A stretch of DNA of 64,000 bases, from contig CAXXXD010000004.1 of the NCBI GenBank assembly GCA_963663385.2, forward strand, positions 768,001 through 832,000, in the 5' to 3' direction. A program made the translations under genes and the position numbers. Source of the DNA: Oceanispirochaeta sp. (GTDB lineage Bacteria; Spirochaetota; Spirochaetia; DSM-2461). Numbering within the stretch: position 1 is the stretch's first letter; each line of letters opens with the position of its first letter. A model generated the notes under the pieces. The model made no database searches, had not been told where the DNA came from, and was given only the letters and a program-made list of their open reading frames with translations. Of the stretch, positions 20,166 through 30,184 are shown piece by piece.

Positions 20166-21076
20166 TGGAAATTGATGTTGCCGTTCTGGATGTGGAGACA
20201 ACCGGCTTTTCCCGGTTCGACAGGATTGTTGAAATCGCCATACTCCGCATCGACCGGCAGTGCAGGATAACCCGTGAGTATCAGACCCTGATTAATCCCC
20301 TGCAGGATGTGGGGCCGACTCACGTACACAATGTAACGGCTACCATGGTCAGGGATGCACCGGCCTTCAAGGATGCAGCACGGGACATTCTTGCCTTTCT
20401 TCCTGAAAAGACTCTGGTGGTGGGGCACAATGTCAGTTTTGATCTGAAGTTTATTGAAAGGGAGCTGAGCGCAGAACTGGGGCGGCCTGTCAGGTACAAC
20501 TCTTTCTGCACTCTGAAGCAGTCCCGGAAATACCTGACATCGCCCTCCTACAAGCTGGGGGAAATCTGCCGTCGTTACGGTATTTCCAATGATGAAGCCC
20601 ATGCCGCCATGGGTGATACAAAAGCCACGCTCAAGCTCTTTGAAATCCTTCTGGTAGAGATCGAAAAAAAGAGCCGGGTGAATCTGCTGTCCAATTACAG
20701 GGAATATCCGGTTCCCCGTGAAGAGGTCCGTTTCGTCAAGAAGAGGTCTGCCTGTTCAGAGCGGTCTTCCCGGAGCTTTACTCTGAAAGATCAAAAGGTC
20801 GCATTTGCTTCGCCTCTGGCAGGGAAGTCTGTCTGTTTTACAGGGTCTTCCAGAGCTATTGACTGCGATGGAAAGAGTCTGAAACGGGGCGATCTGGAAG
20901 CTCGTGTCCGCCGGGCCGGGCTTTCTGTGCAGTCCTATGTCAGTCGAAGCCTGGACATCCTGGTGGCTGCGGATAAAAACTCCCTGTCCGGAAAGGCCAG
21001 AAAGGCCCGCCAGTACGGCATCCTCATAATGGATGAAACCCGTTTCTGGCAGGAAGCCGGGTTTTTGTCTGAGTAA
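20162..21076 (+). CDS. DEDDh 3'-5' exonuclease (DnaQ-like) with C-terminal BRCT domain
   Basis: LDVETTG, GHNVSFD, AHAAMGD; BRCT-like LAGKSVCFTG...SGKARKARQYGILIMDE..FW. Confidence 0.85.
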   Translation: MMEIDVAVLDVETTGFSRFDRIVEIAILRIDRQCRITREYQTLINPLQDVGPTHVHNVTATMVRDAPAFKDAARDILAFLPEKTLVVGHNVSFDLKFIERELSAELGRPVRYNSFCTLKQSRKYLTSPSYKLGEICRRYGISNDEAHAAMGDTKATLKLFEILLVEIEKKSRVNLLSNYREYPVPREEVRFVKKRSACSERSSRSFTLKDQKVAFASPLAGKSVCFTGSSRAIDCDGKSLKRGDLEARVRRAGLSVQSYVSRSLDILVAADKNSLSGKARKARQYGILIMDETRFWQEAGFLSE

Positions 21077-21182
21077 CTGCACAGGGGATTGATCGATCAG
21101 GGGTGTTGAACGTTTGTGCAAATATTAAGTTGAACTTAGGATTTACACAAAATGTAAAGGCTTGGAATACTCTCTCCGTCGC

Positions 21183-22160
21183 TCATTCTCCCGGTTCAAC
21201 CAATCTGGGTTTGTGTGTAAGAGCCACTGAATCGGTCTCCTGCCGGATCAGTTTCAGCAGAGCATCCGCCGCATCGCGGTATATTCCGGAGATTCCGATT
21301 TCCACGGTGGCCGGTTTCTCTTCCAGAACCTGAAGCTCCGTACTGTTGTCGTAGCCGATGAGGGGGTAGAGCTCCTGAATGGCGAGTTTTCTCCTGTACA
21401 TGCCGGTTACGGTTTTAACCATCATCATATCATTGACAAAGGCGATACCGTCGATCTCCTTTTTTTCGATAGACTCCTGCAGTCTGCTGTGAGTTTCATC
21501 CGGTTTGTCCGAGTTTATGATCAGGCAGTCCGGGAAGATTCTGGAAAATCCCTCCAGCCTCAGCTTGTGGGAAAAGGGGTCCTCTTCATCCAGGATGTAG
21601 AGGGGGCGGGTACAGCCCCGGCTTTTCAGATATTCCCCCTGGAGCTCTCCTCCGCTTCTGTTATCGGTGGCGCTGAAATTGACACCGCTCAGGTGGTGGG
21701 CCCTGTGGCAGATCACATAGGGAAGGGACCACCCGGCAATATAACGGGATTCCTCGGCGCTTACGAAATCAAAGACAAGAACGCCGTCACAGTGCTCCCG
21801 GATCTCCGCTTCCTTTATACTGAAAACCGACTTTACCTGTTTGACCTCAAAGATATAGGGCTGGGTTTCAAAATACCTCGTCAGCGCCAGGACCGCTTCC
21901 GAAAAGATCCAGAAATTCCTCTTAACATTGGTCCAGTAATGACCGTCGTCCCTTTTTATATAGAGCAGGAGGATCGTATTGGTCCCCTTCCGGCGGAGGG
22001 CGCTGGCATTCTTGTCCAGTTTGTAGCCCAGAGACTCTGCGGTTTCCATTATTTTCCGCCGGGTTTTTTCCGAAACCTTATCCGGCCGGGAGAAAGCCCG
22101 TGAAACTGTTGCCTGGGAGACTCCCACTATTTTGGCAATAACATAGCTGTCAACTTTCAT
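21183..22160 (-). CDS. LacI family transcriptional regulator
   Basis: HTH IAKIVGVSQATVSRAF...LGY..DKNASAL; C-terminal IGYDN; start moved to ATG 22160. Confidence 0.9.
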   Translation of the reverse strand: MKVDSYVIAKIVGVSQATVSRAFSRPDKVSEKTRRKIMETAESLGYKLDKNASALRRKGTNTILLLYIKRDDGHYWTNVKRNFWIFSEAVLALTRYFETQPYIFEVKQVKSVFSIKEAEIREHCDGVLVFDFVSAEESRYIAGWSLPYVICHRAHHLSGVNFSATDNRSGGELQGEYLKSRGCTRPLYILDEEDPFSHKLRLEGFSRIFPDCLIINSDKPDETHSRLQESIEKKEIDGIAFVNDMMMVKTVTGMYRRKLAIQELYPLIGYDNSTELQVLEEKPATVEIGISGIYRDAADALLKLIRQETDSVALTHKPRLVEPGE

Positions 22161-22175
22161 TGAATCCTTCTGATT

Positions 22176-22301
22176 ATACATTCGTATGCAGTTAAATGAA
22201 TTATATTGATATTTTATATCATATTATTATTGATAAAGCAAATAAAAGAGAATAATGTTGACAAATGGGTTGTTTTGGGAATAAAATGTATTCGAATGCA
22301 T
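22176..22301. promoter_or_regulatory. Two LacI-type operators and the sigma70 promoter of the ABC/sulfatase operon
   Basis: ATACATTCGTATGCAG (22176-22191) and ATGTATTCGAATGCAT (22286-22301), both near the palindrome ATGCATTCGAATGCAT; TTGACA 22258-22263 and TAAAAT 22282-22287. Confidence 0.75.
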
Positions 22302-22320
22302 AACAAATAAGGAGTCTATT

Positions 22321-23592
22321 ATGAAAAAGATGACAGTACTGATTCTACTGTGTCTGCTGGCATTTCCCGTCTTCGCATCCGGTTCTCAGGAAGAATCTTC
22401 CGATGGGCCTGTAACACTGAAATTCGCCAGCTGGAGCGTCCGGGAGGACCGCTTCAAAGAATATTTTGCCGATCTGAAAGCGGATTTTGAAGCTGCCAAT
22501 CCCGGTATTTCCATAGAGTTTAACGGTTATCCCTATGGGGAGCTGAAGAAGCAGGTTCTGATTATGGCCAATGCAGGCGAAGCACCCGATCTGATTCAGA
22601 GTGAGAGAGGCTGGTACGCCAGTTTTGTCAACGGAGGGTATGTGGCCGAACTGGACAGTCTCCTGGGTCCCGAATATATAAGTGAAATCTATCCTGCTAT
22701 CGCCGGAGATATGAAGGTTGACGGAAAACTGTACGGTGTTCCCTGGATCGCCAGCCCCTTTGTCATGTTCTATAACAAGGCTCTCTTTGAACAGGCCGGG
22801 CTGAATCCCGCGGAAGCTCCTGCTTCCTATGAAGAAGCTCTGGCATATTCCGCCAGGCTCTCCTCTCTGAAAGATGCTGACGGCAATGCTGTTTACGGTC
22901 TGGGACAGAGTACCGCCTCCGTTCCTGTCAGCGGAAGCGCAGTGTTGAGTATGTTTTTCAGTTACGGCGGCGGAATCCTGGACAATTCAGGTAAACCCAA
23001 TGCTGTTAATGCCGGAAACAAAGCTGCTCTGGAAGCCTTGAAGGCCATGCATGAAAATAACTGCAACCCGGAAGGGGCAAAACTGAAAGATCTGAGAAAC
23101 CTCTTTGCCATCGGCCGTCTGGGTATGTATTTTGATACACTCTGGGGAATCGGGGGCGCCTATGCCATCAATCCCGATATTGCCCCCAGTGTCGGTGTGA
23201 CCACACCTCTCAGCGGAAACAATGCTCCTGCCGGATCAACCCTGGAAGCCCATATGCTGCTGGTAAGCGAAGACTCGGCCAACAAGGAAGCGGCTGTTAA
23301 ATTTATCAAGTTCGCCACAAGCCCCGAACAGATGGCAAAGTATGTGGACATAGCTCCTTTCCTCTTTCCCAAATGGGATCAGGTGGATGCCAATCCTTCC
23401 TACAGCTCCAACCCGGGCATAGCTCCTGTACTGGACTATCCCGAAACCATTCACTCCATTCCCAAACATCCTGAAATGGAGAATGTCTTCCTTGCCCTGA
23501 CTACAGCAGCCCAGTCTGTAACCGTAGGCGGTATGTCCAGTGATGAAGCCCTTGCCAATCTGGACAAAGAGCTTAAGACGCTTCTAAAATAA
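22321..23592 (+). CDS. Sugar ABC transporter substrate-binding protein
   Basis: Leader ...FASGSQEES; APDL, DGKLYGVPW, MFYNKALFEQAG; AAGGAG RBS. Confidence 0.92.
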   Translation: MKKMTVLILLCLLAFPVFASGSQEESSDGPVTLKFASWSVREDRFKEYFADLKADFEAANPGISIEFNGYPYGELKKQVLIMANAGEAPDLIQSERGWYASFVNGGYVAELDSLLGPEYISEIYPAIAGDMKVDGKLYGVPWIASPFVMFYNKALFEQAGLNPAEAPASYEEALAYSARLSSLKDADGNAVYGLGQSTASVPVSGSAVLSMFFSYGGGILDNSGKPNAVNAGNKAALEALKAMHENNCNPEGAKLKDLRNLFAIGRLGMYFDTLWGIGGAYAINPDIAPSVGVTTPLSGNNAPAGSTLEAHMLLVSEDSANKEAAVKFIKFATSPEQMAKYVDIAPFLFPKWDQVDANPSYSSNPGIAPVLDYPETIHSIPKHPEMENVFLALTTAAQSVTVGGMSSDEALANLDKELKTLLK

Positions 23593-23598
23593 TGTCTG

Positions 23599-23634
23599 AT
23601 GGGGAGTTGCGAAGAGGACTTTGCAATTCCCTAT
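23599..23634 (+). terminator. Intercistronic stem-loop after the binding-protein gene
   Basis: GGGAGTTGCGAAG-AGGA-CTTTGCAATTCCC. Confidence 0.6.
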
Positions 23635-23664
23635 TCATATACCGATTCAAAAAGAGATAGAAAT

Positions 23665-24555
23665 ATGACACTCAAAAGTAAAACCGGTGACAAGGTGTTC
23701 GGGACACTGCTGCTCCTGCCTTCGATCCTGATAGTGGGGGGATTTATCTTTCTGCCTGTGGTCCAGTCTGTTTTTTACAGTTTTTTCAACTATAAGCTGA
23801 CCCGGAAAAAGATGCCCCTTGTATGGAATAACTTTGATAACTACAGGAGTCTGTGGGAGAGCGGAAAGCTGCAGAACGCCTTTGCTATAACTTTTAACTT
23901 CATGTTTATCGTTGTTCTGGCAGCCTTTGTGCTGGGACTGATAATGGCGCTTTTTATGAACCGCGGAAAATCGGGAGAAAGAACTACCCGCAGTCTGGCT
24001 CTGCTCCCCTGGGGAACGCCTACGGTAATAGTCGCCCTGCTCTGGTCCTGGATGTTTCAGGGCGAGTACGGGGTTGTGAACTTTATCCTGCTGAAGCTTC
24101 ACCTTATAGCCGAGCCTATCAGCTACCTGGCCAATCCTCAAACCGCGCTGGGAGCTGTTGCGGTTGCGGCTACCTGGCGTCAGCTCCCCTTTATGTTTAT
24201 TATGCTGCTGGCGGGACTGCAGGGAATCCCTACGGAGATGTACGAAGCCGCCCATATAGACGGCGCTTCAAAAGCCCAGTCCTTCTGGCATATTACCCTT
24301 CCTTTTTTAAGGAATGTTATTCGCTCCAGTATCCTGGTAACCATTATAACCAACTTCAAACAGTTCCCTCTGTTCTGGACCATGACCGGGGGCGGCCCGA
24401 TGGACAGTACCGAAACCCTTGCCATCCTTACTTACAAGAACGCTTTTGTGAATTTGAATTTCGGCGTAGGGGCCGCTGTCGCAGCCGCCTGGATGGCTGT
24501 CCTGATTGTTTTTTCTCTTCTGTATAACAGAATTTTCAAGGAGGCGGAGTACTGA
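23665..24555 (+). CDS. Sugar ABC transporter permease (MalF-like)
   Basis: EAA motif LQGIPTEMYEAAHIDGAS; MTGGGP; TM helices. Confidence 0.92.
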   Translation: MTLKSKTGDKVFGTLLLLPSILIVGGFIFLPVVQSVFYSFFNYKLTRKKMPLVWNNFDNYRSLWESGKLQNAFAITFNFMFIVVLAAFVLGLIMALFMNRGKSGERTTRSLALLPWGTPTVIVALLWSWMFQGEYGVVNFILLKLHLIAEPISYLANPQTALGAVAVAATWRQLPFMFIMLLAGLQGIPTEMYEAAHIDGASKAQSFWHITLPFLRNVIRSSILVTIITNFKQFPLFWTMTGGGPMDSTETLAILTYKNAFVNLNFGVGAAVAAAWMAVLIVFSLLYNRIFKEAEY

Positions 24556-24556
24556 T

Positions 24557-25393
24557 ATGAATATGAAATTCAAACCTTCATCCGTAATTTCCGTACTGGT
24601 CATTACCCTTTTGGGGCTTTTTCTTCTCTTTCCTCTCTACTGGATTCTGGTTACTTCCTTTAAGAACAACCTGGATATATATAAATTCCCGCCCCGGTTT
24701 ATCCCCGTGAATTTCACCCTGGATAACTATCTGGAGATATTCAGGGACAATTCGGTGGGCCTTTATCTGTGGAACAACCTTCTTGTTTCCATCGGGACAA
24801 CGCTTCTGACCCTTGCGGCGGCCTCTCTTGCCGGATACTCCCTGTCCCGTTATCCCACGCCCTTTGGCAATTTTGTCAAAACCTCACTGCTTTCCACGCA
24901 GATGTTCCCTATTGTGGGGCTTATCCTGGCACTTTACGTCATTTTCCGGAATATGAGCCTGATCAATACCCGGTTCAGCCTGGTACTGTCTCTTTCCGCT
25001 GTAACCATTCCCTTTTGTGCCATCCTTATCAAGGGATTCTTCGATGATCTCCCCCGTTCCCTGGAGGAAGCTGCCCGGATTGACGGCTGTTCCAGATTCA
25101 GAACATTTCTGTCCATTATCATGCCTCTGGCAAAACCGGGGCTTCTGGCTATCGGTCTTTTTACCTTTATGCAGGCATGGGATGACTTTCTGTTCGCCAT
25201 TACTTTTATTCTGAAAGATTCGAAAAGAACTCTTTCTGCAGGGATCGCCATGAAATTTCTGGGGGAAGTTTCCTATGACTGGGGAATGGTTACGACTGTT
25301 TCCGTTGCGGGCGTTCTACCCATGTTTATCCTTATTTTTCTTTTTCAGCAGTATATGGTTGCCGGTCTGACAGCCGGTGCGGTGAAAGGATAG
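24557..25393 (+). CDS. Sugar ABC transporter permease (MalG-like)
   Basis: FFDDLPRSLEEAARIDGC; ends GLTAGAVKG. Confidence 0.92.
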   Translation: MNMKFKPSSVISVLVITLLGLFLLFPLYWILVTSFKNNLDIYKFPPRFIPVNFTLDNYLEIFRDNSVGLYLWNNLLVSIGTTLLTLAAASLAGYSLSRYPTPFGNFVKTSLLSTQMFPIVGLILALYVIFRNMSLINTRFSLVLSLSAVTIPFCAILIKGFFDDLPRSLEEAARIDGCSRFRTFLSIIMPLAKPGLLAIGLFTFMQAWDDFLFAITFILKDSKRTLSAGIAMKFLGEVSYDWGMVTTVSVAGVLPMFILIFLFQQYMVAGLTAGAVKG

Positions 25394-25402
25394 GTAGCTT
25401 GA

Positions 25403-26995
25403 ATGGAAAATACAAATACGATGAAAAAAACTTATATAGACGGAAAAACCGGAAAGGGGCCGTTTTTTTACGACCCTGAAAAAATCCTTCCCAATATCCT
25501 CCTGGTTACCATGGATATGGTCCCCCCCGAGTTTCATAACGGGACGGTGGCCATGGAGACCCCATGTCAGAAAAGTCTGGCATCGGAAGGGGTATCTTTT
25601 GAAAAAGCCTTTGCCACATCGCCCCTCTGCGGTCCCTCCCGTACCTCCATTCTGACCGGGCGTTTCTCCTATGTCACGGGGAACTCGGAACGCTCCCATG
25701 ACGGGCATCTGACCCACCTGCGCTCGGAGGATATTATCTGGCCCGAATACCTTAAGGCCCGCGGTTATCACTGCCGGCATGTGGGGAAATCCCATGTGGG
25801 AACCGAACATTTTATGAGAGCTTTTTCGGAGAACAGCTCTCCCTGGGACCGCTGGTCTCCTCCCTGGTACAACGAAGATGCGTATATCCGGTTCCTGAAG
25901 GAAAAAGGGCTGGAGCGCTTCAGTTTCAAAAAAGAAATTCGCGGCCAAAGCTGGGACGGTACCCGGAACGGCAACTCCTACGGCGGCTGGCTGGCTGATC
26001 AGAACGGCAAGGTTTTTCCGGAGGACGCCCTGTATCCCTCCTTTCTGGTGGACAGGACAATCAGTGCAATTGACTGCCGGGAGGACGATGGAAAACCCTT
26101 CTATATGCAGCTGGATTTTTTCGGCCCTCATCAGCCTTTTGCCATCCCCGGTGGGTGGGAGGAGCGTGAAGCTGAGATCCGACGGAACCTGAAACTGCCT
26201 GAAAGCTGGCTGGAGTGGGAAAACGCCGGGTTCCCCACTGAGAGTGATGATCCCAGGGTGTATGATCTCTACCGGAAAAACTGGGGGATGAAGAACCGGC
26301 AGGATCTGGAGGATTATCTGACCGCCAATCAGCTGCAGTATGAAATCCTGGACCGGCAGCTGGGTAAACTGCTGGATTATCTGAAGGCGGCCGATCTTTA
26401 TGATTCAACCATGATACTTTTTACGGCGGACCATGGTGAAATGAACGGCAAGAAGGGCTGTGTGGACAAGGGGGCTTACCTGAATCCTCAGGTAATGCAG
26501 GTTCCCCTCTACCTGAAACCGGCGGCGGGACAGTCCCTGCCGGCAGGCGGGGCCATAGGCGAACCCTGTTCCCTGGCGGATATCTGCCCGACCATAGCCG
26601 AAGCGGCAGGGCTTTTCCTCCCCGAGCGGATGGACGGTATAAGCCTTTTTACTTCGGCCTCCGGAGAGAAAAGGCCTTCTGAAAATCCTGTTATGTTCGA
26701 TGTGTGGAATCATGTCGTGCCCAACCCCTGCGTCGGGCGGATCTGCCGGCTGGAAGGACAGGACTGCCTTTACAGCTACAATACCACCTCAGGACGGGAC
26801 GAACTGTATAACCTTGAGGAGGCAGGGCTGATCCGTAACCGCATCGATGAGGAAAGACTGCGGAAGGCAGCCCGGAAAAGTATGCTGGAAGCCCTTTCGG
26901 GGGATCCCCGCTGGGATGTGTATAACTGCTATTTCAAACTGGAATACGGTGAAGAGTTGGCTTTGATGCCTGGGGATAATCAGAAGTTCGAGTAA
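25403..26995 (+). CDS. Cys-type sulfatase-like hydrolase
   Basis: PNILLV, SPLCGPSRTSILTGR (CxPxR), VGKSH, GPHQP, TADHGEM. Confidence 0.88.
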   Translation: MENTNTMKKTYIDGKTGKGPFFYDPEKILPNILLVTMDMVPPEFHNGTVAMETPCQKSLASEGVSFEKAFATSPLCGPSRTSILTGRFSYVTGNSERSHDGHLTHLRSEDIIWPEYLKARGYHCRHVGKSHVGTEHFMRAFSENSSPWDRWSPPWYNEDAYIRFLKEKGLERFSFKKEIRGQSWDGTRNGNSYGGWLADQNGKVFPEDALYPSFLVDRTISAIDCREDDGKPFYMQLDFFGPHQPFAIPGGWEEREAEIRRNLKLPESWLEWENAGFPTESDDPRVYDLYRKNWGMKNRQDLEDYLTANQLQYEILDRQLGKLLDYLKAADLYDSTMILFTADHGEMNGKKGCVDKGAYLNPQVMQVPLYLKPAAGQSLPAGGAIGEPCSLADICPTIAEAAGLFLPERMDGISLFTSASGEKRPSENPVMFDVWNHVVPNPCVGRICRLEGQDCLYSYNTTSGRDELYNLEEAGLIRNRIDEERLRKAARKSMLEALSGDPRWDVYNCYFKLEYGEELALMPGDNQKFE

Positions 26996-27023
26996 AGTTC
27001 TCATGATTCGTCCTCTCTTGCCA

Positions 27024-27149
27024 GACCCCTCTCAATCTCCCCTCTGGGGGAGAAGTAGTAATGTTTCTCACGATAAGCTGATCCAATCTCTACGATAGGA
27101 AAAAATAGTACATTTTCCCTCTCCTCGGGGAGGGGGCCAGGGGGAGGTC
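27024..27149. repeat. REP/BoxC-like palindromic element between convergent genes
   Basis: Hairpins TCTCCCC-TCTG-GGGGAGA and TTCCCTCTCC-TCG-GGGAGGGGG enclosed by imperfect outer arms GACCCCTCT/AGGGGGAGGTC. Confidence 0.55.
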
Positions 27150-27174
27150 CGGAACGGGGGATTGTATTCTTTTC

Positions 27175-27927
27175 CTATTTAAATCCCCCCAGCAGGATCT
27201 CCAGCACCGCATTGCCTATATGCAGGCCGAACATACCTGTTATGGTGGGCAGGCTGCCCAGAACACGCCGCTCCCGGCCCCGGTCCAGCTCCTGTTCGTT
27301 TCCTTCGGGTTTTTTCTCTTCGGACGGGTCCAGGTAGTTGTAGTCCACATGTTCGGAAGAATAGATTGCGGTAATCCCCCTGCCGACGCCCCGGCGGCGC
27401 AGTTTCTGCCGGACCTGCCGGGCCAGGGGGCAGCTGTGGGTTTTCATCAGGTCCGCTTTATGAATGGCAAAGGGGTCGGTCCGCAGGGCGGCCCCCATTG
27501 AGGAGACTATGGGGATGTCCCGTTTCCAGGTCTGTTCCAGCAGGGTGAGTTTGGGGGCCATGGAATCGATGGCGTCTACCAGAACATCCGGCTCTTCCTT
27601 CAGTATTTCATCCATGGTTTCGTTATGGGCGAATCCGGGGTAGATATCCACCCGGCACCCGGGGTTTATATCCAGAATACGCCGTTTGGCCGCTTCCACC
27701 TTCAGGGCTCCCAGGGTGGATTCCAGGGCAAGGATCTGCCGGTTGATATTTGTCAGGTTCACCCTGTCGAAATCGACCAGCAGGAAATGCCCCACGCCGC
27801 TGCGGGCCAGGGACTCAAGGGCATACCCTCCGACGGCCCCCATCCCGACAATGGTAACCATTTTATCCCCCAGGGACTGCCTTTTTTCTTCGCCGATCAG
27901 GCGGTCAATTCTTAAAAACCTTTCCAT
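27175..27927 (-). CDS. tcdA: tRNA threonylcarbamoyladenosine dehydratase (ThiF family)
   Basis: GMGAVGGYALESLARSGVG, DFDRVNLTNINRQ, VDAIDS, SSMGAA, CPLARQVR. Confidence 0.9.
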   Translation of the reverse strand: MERFLRIDRLIGEEKRQSLGDKMVTIVGMGAVGGYALESLARSGVGHFLLVDFDRVNLTNINRQILALESTLGALKVEAAKRRILDINPGCRVDIYPGFAHNETMDEILKEEPDVLVDAIDSMAPKLTLLEQTWKRDIPIVSSMGAALRTDPFAIHKADLMKTHSCPLARQVRQKLRRRGVGRGITAIYSSEHVDYNYLDPSEEKKPEGNEQELDRGRERRVLGSLPTITGMFGLHIGNAVLEILLGGFK

Positions 27928-28618
27928 TGTTTTTTACTATATCCAATAATTCCTCCCTGTCAATTCCAAGTACAGCGGCAGCTGTTTCATAGAGGATTTT
28001 CATGGTTTTCTCATAGGGCGGATCCGTATAGGGCCAGTCGCTTTCCAGGAGAATCCTGCTGCGGGGGAGGCGTCGGACCATGCTGCAGAAACTGCTGTCG
28101 TTCCACTGCCTGCCCGGCCCGAGGGAGAGGAAGGCTCCCGTTTTCAGGTAGCGTTCAGCTGTTTCAGGTTTCTCCTTGAAGCCATGGAGGATGAAAGGGG
28201 TGTCCGGTTTCTCAGCTTCCAGCAGTTCCGCCAGAGCCCCTGCCGCTTTAACCTGATGGAGGCTGACCGGACGGTTCAGCTGTACAGCAAGCCGGAGCTG
28301 GTGAATCAGAACTTTTTCCTGTAAGCTCCGGGGAATCTGTTTGTAGTATCTCCGGTCCAGACCGCACTCTCCCACACCGCAGCGGGGGGATGATTGTACG
28401 GCCCTGTCAAACTGATCAAGAAGGGGCGGAATCTCTTCCGGGACCTGCGGAATTGCCATGGGGTGGATCCCCAGAAAAGGGCGAATTTCCGGGCGGTTTT
28501 CTTTTTTGAGGAGGGGCCAGTCTTCCGGACCGGCCGCACAGCTCAGGTAGCAACCGCCCGGTGCAGGTACAAAATCCGGAACAGGACTGCTATGCATATG
28601 GGCATCGAAAATATCCAT
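27905..28618 (-). CDS. TatD family hydrolase
   Basis: DAHMH, LGIHP, VGECGLD, PVSLH, ILHGF, LLESDWP; start ATG 28618. Confidence 0.88.
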   Translation of the reverse strand: MDIFDAHMHSSPVPDFVPAPGGCYLSCAAGPEDWPLLKKENRPEIRPFLGIHPMAIPQVPEEIPPLLDQFDRAVQSSPRCGVGECGLDRRYYKQIPRSLQEKVLIHQLRLAVQLNRPVSLHQVKAAGALAELLEAEKPDTPFILHGFKEKPETAERYLKTGAFLSLGPGRQWNDSSFCSMVRRLPRSRILLESDWPYTDPPYEKTMKILYETAAAVLGIDREELLDIVKNNGKVFKN

Positions 28619-28640
28619 ATCCCGGATTATATCACAACAG

Positions 28641-30044
28641 TTACTGGTTGGCTTTGGCCGGATCCACATGTTTTTCAACAGGACCCACAGGCTCTTCCCT
28701 GTAGATCAGGGGTTTATCTGCGGGGATCTTTCCTCCCATTACAGGAATCCACTCCTTCTGGGCTTCCATCAGTTCCCGGGTCATGGCACGGATCTGGTCC
28801 AGGGTGCAGCTCATTCCGGTAAGGGGATCCATGGCCATGGCCTGGAAAACCATTTCCGGATCAGCCTGCTGGGCGGCCTTTACAGCCAGGTCCTGAACAA
28901 TGAGCTGGGTTGTGTTAAGAGCGGCCAGGTGAACAGGAAGTTTTCCTGTGCGGAGCGGCTGCAGACCGTTTTTATCAACCACGCAGGGCACTTCCACTAC
29001 CGCATCGTCGGGGAGGTTTTCGATACATCCTCTGTTTATGATATTTCCATAGATCACAGTCGTTTCTCCGGTTTCCATGGCATGGATTATCTGTGAGCCG
29101 TATTCAACGCTGCGTTCCAGGTCGATGGGATCTTCCCAATCGGCCATTTTTTTCATCTGTTCCTGCCAGTCCGGTCTGTCGTACAGTTCCTTTATATAAC
29201 CGTGTCCGCCGTTCCAGTCGGAAAATTCCGTATGACAGTAGCGTTTTACCATCTCTTCGTTTTTACGGAACCAGGTGTTGTACTCGGACACATGACCGCT
29301 CGACTCGGTAACCGGGAATCCCAGGTGTTTTACATACTCCATCCTGGCCGAATCGCCGTACCATATCTCCGGTTTTTCAGCCAGTTCCCTGATACGGGGA
29401 AGAAGATCCTGACCGTTGTGCTCGAACTTTGTGTACCAGGCCTCATGATTGATGCCGGCGCATTGAAAATTGATCTCTTCCAGCGGAATTCCCAGCCTGT
29501 TGGCCCACTCTTCCGCCGTATGCTGTACAGAGTGGCAGAGTCCCACATACTTCATCTGCGGGGCGTGTTCCATAATCCCCCTGGAAAGCATCCCCATAGG
29601 ATTGGTGTAGTTTAAAACCATGGCATCCGGACAAATAGCCATAATGTCGTCGGTTATCTCTTCCAGTACGGGAAGGGTCCGGAGGCAGCGCATGATTCCT
29701 CCGGGTGTCAGGGTATCGCCGATGCATTGGTCAATGCCGTATTTCCGGGGAATATCAATCTCTTTCTCTATCGCCTCGAATCCGCCGATCAGTATGCTGA
29801 TTATCACATAATCTGCGCCGTTCAGGGCTTCTTTTCTGTCGGAGTAACTGCTGACAGATGCCCTGCTGTAATTCCCTTCCCTGAAAATTCTTTCAACGAT
29901 CTGATGGGCGTATTTCAGTCTGATAGGGTCCGTATCAACAAGCCGGAAATGGGTATCCGCCAGTTCCGGGTAGGTAAGGATATCAGCTGTCAGGCGGCTG
30001 GAAAATACCAGACTCCCTGCTCCTATAATTACGATTTCTGCCAT
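28641..30044 (-). CDS. melA: Family 4 glycoside hydrolase, alpha-galactosidase-like
   Basis: IGAGSLVFS, IPRKYGIDQCIGDT, LNYTNPM, GLCHSV, AGINH, TESSGH.SEY. Confidence 0.9.
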   Translation of the reverse strand: MAEIVIIGAGSLVFSSRLTADILTYPELADTHFRLVDTDPIRLKYAHQIVERIFREGNYSRASVSSYSDRKEALNGADYVIISILIGGFEAIEKEIDIPRKYGIDQCIGDTLTPGGIMRCLRTLPVLEEITDDIMAICPDAMVLNYTNPMGMLSRGIMEHAPQMKYVGLCHSVQHTAEEWANRLGIPLEEINFQCAGINHEAWYTKFEHNGQDLLPRIRELAEKPEIWYGDSARMEYVKHLGFPVTESSGHVSEYNTWFRKNEEMVKRYCHTEFSDWNGGHGYIKELYDRPDWQEQMKKMADWEDPIDLERSVEYGSQIIHAMETGETTVIYGNIINRGCIENLPDDAVVEVPCVVDKNGLQPLRTGKLPVHLAALNTTQLIVQDLAVKAAQQADPEMVFQAMAMDPLTGMSCTLDQIRAMTRELMEAQKEWIPVMGGKIPADKPLIYREEPVGPVEKHVDPAKANQ

Positions 30045-30184
30045 TGTGCACCTCTGTATCTTATAATTGAACCGATTTACTAACGGTTAATTAGGATTTT
30101 AGACCTGGAGTATTCTCTGTGAAACTGTCTATTTGTTGTTTTTATATGGTAAAATGCGTCAATATGCCGTAAAATCATGTTATT

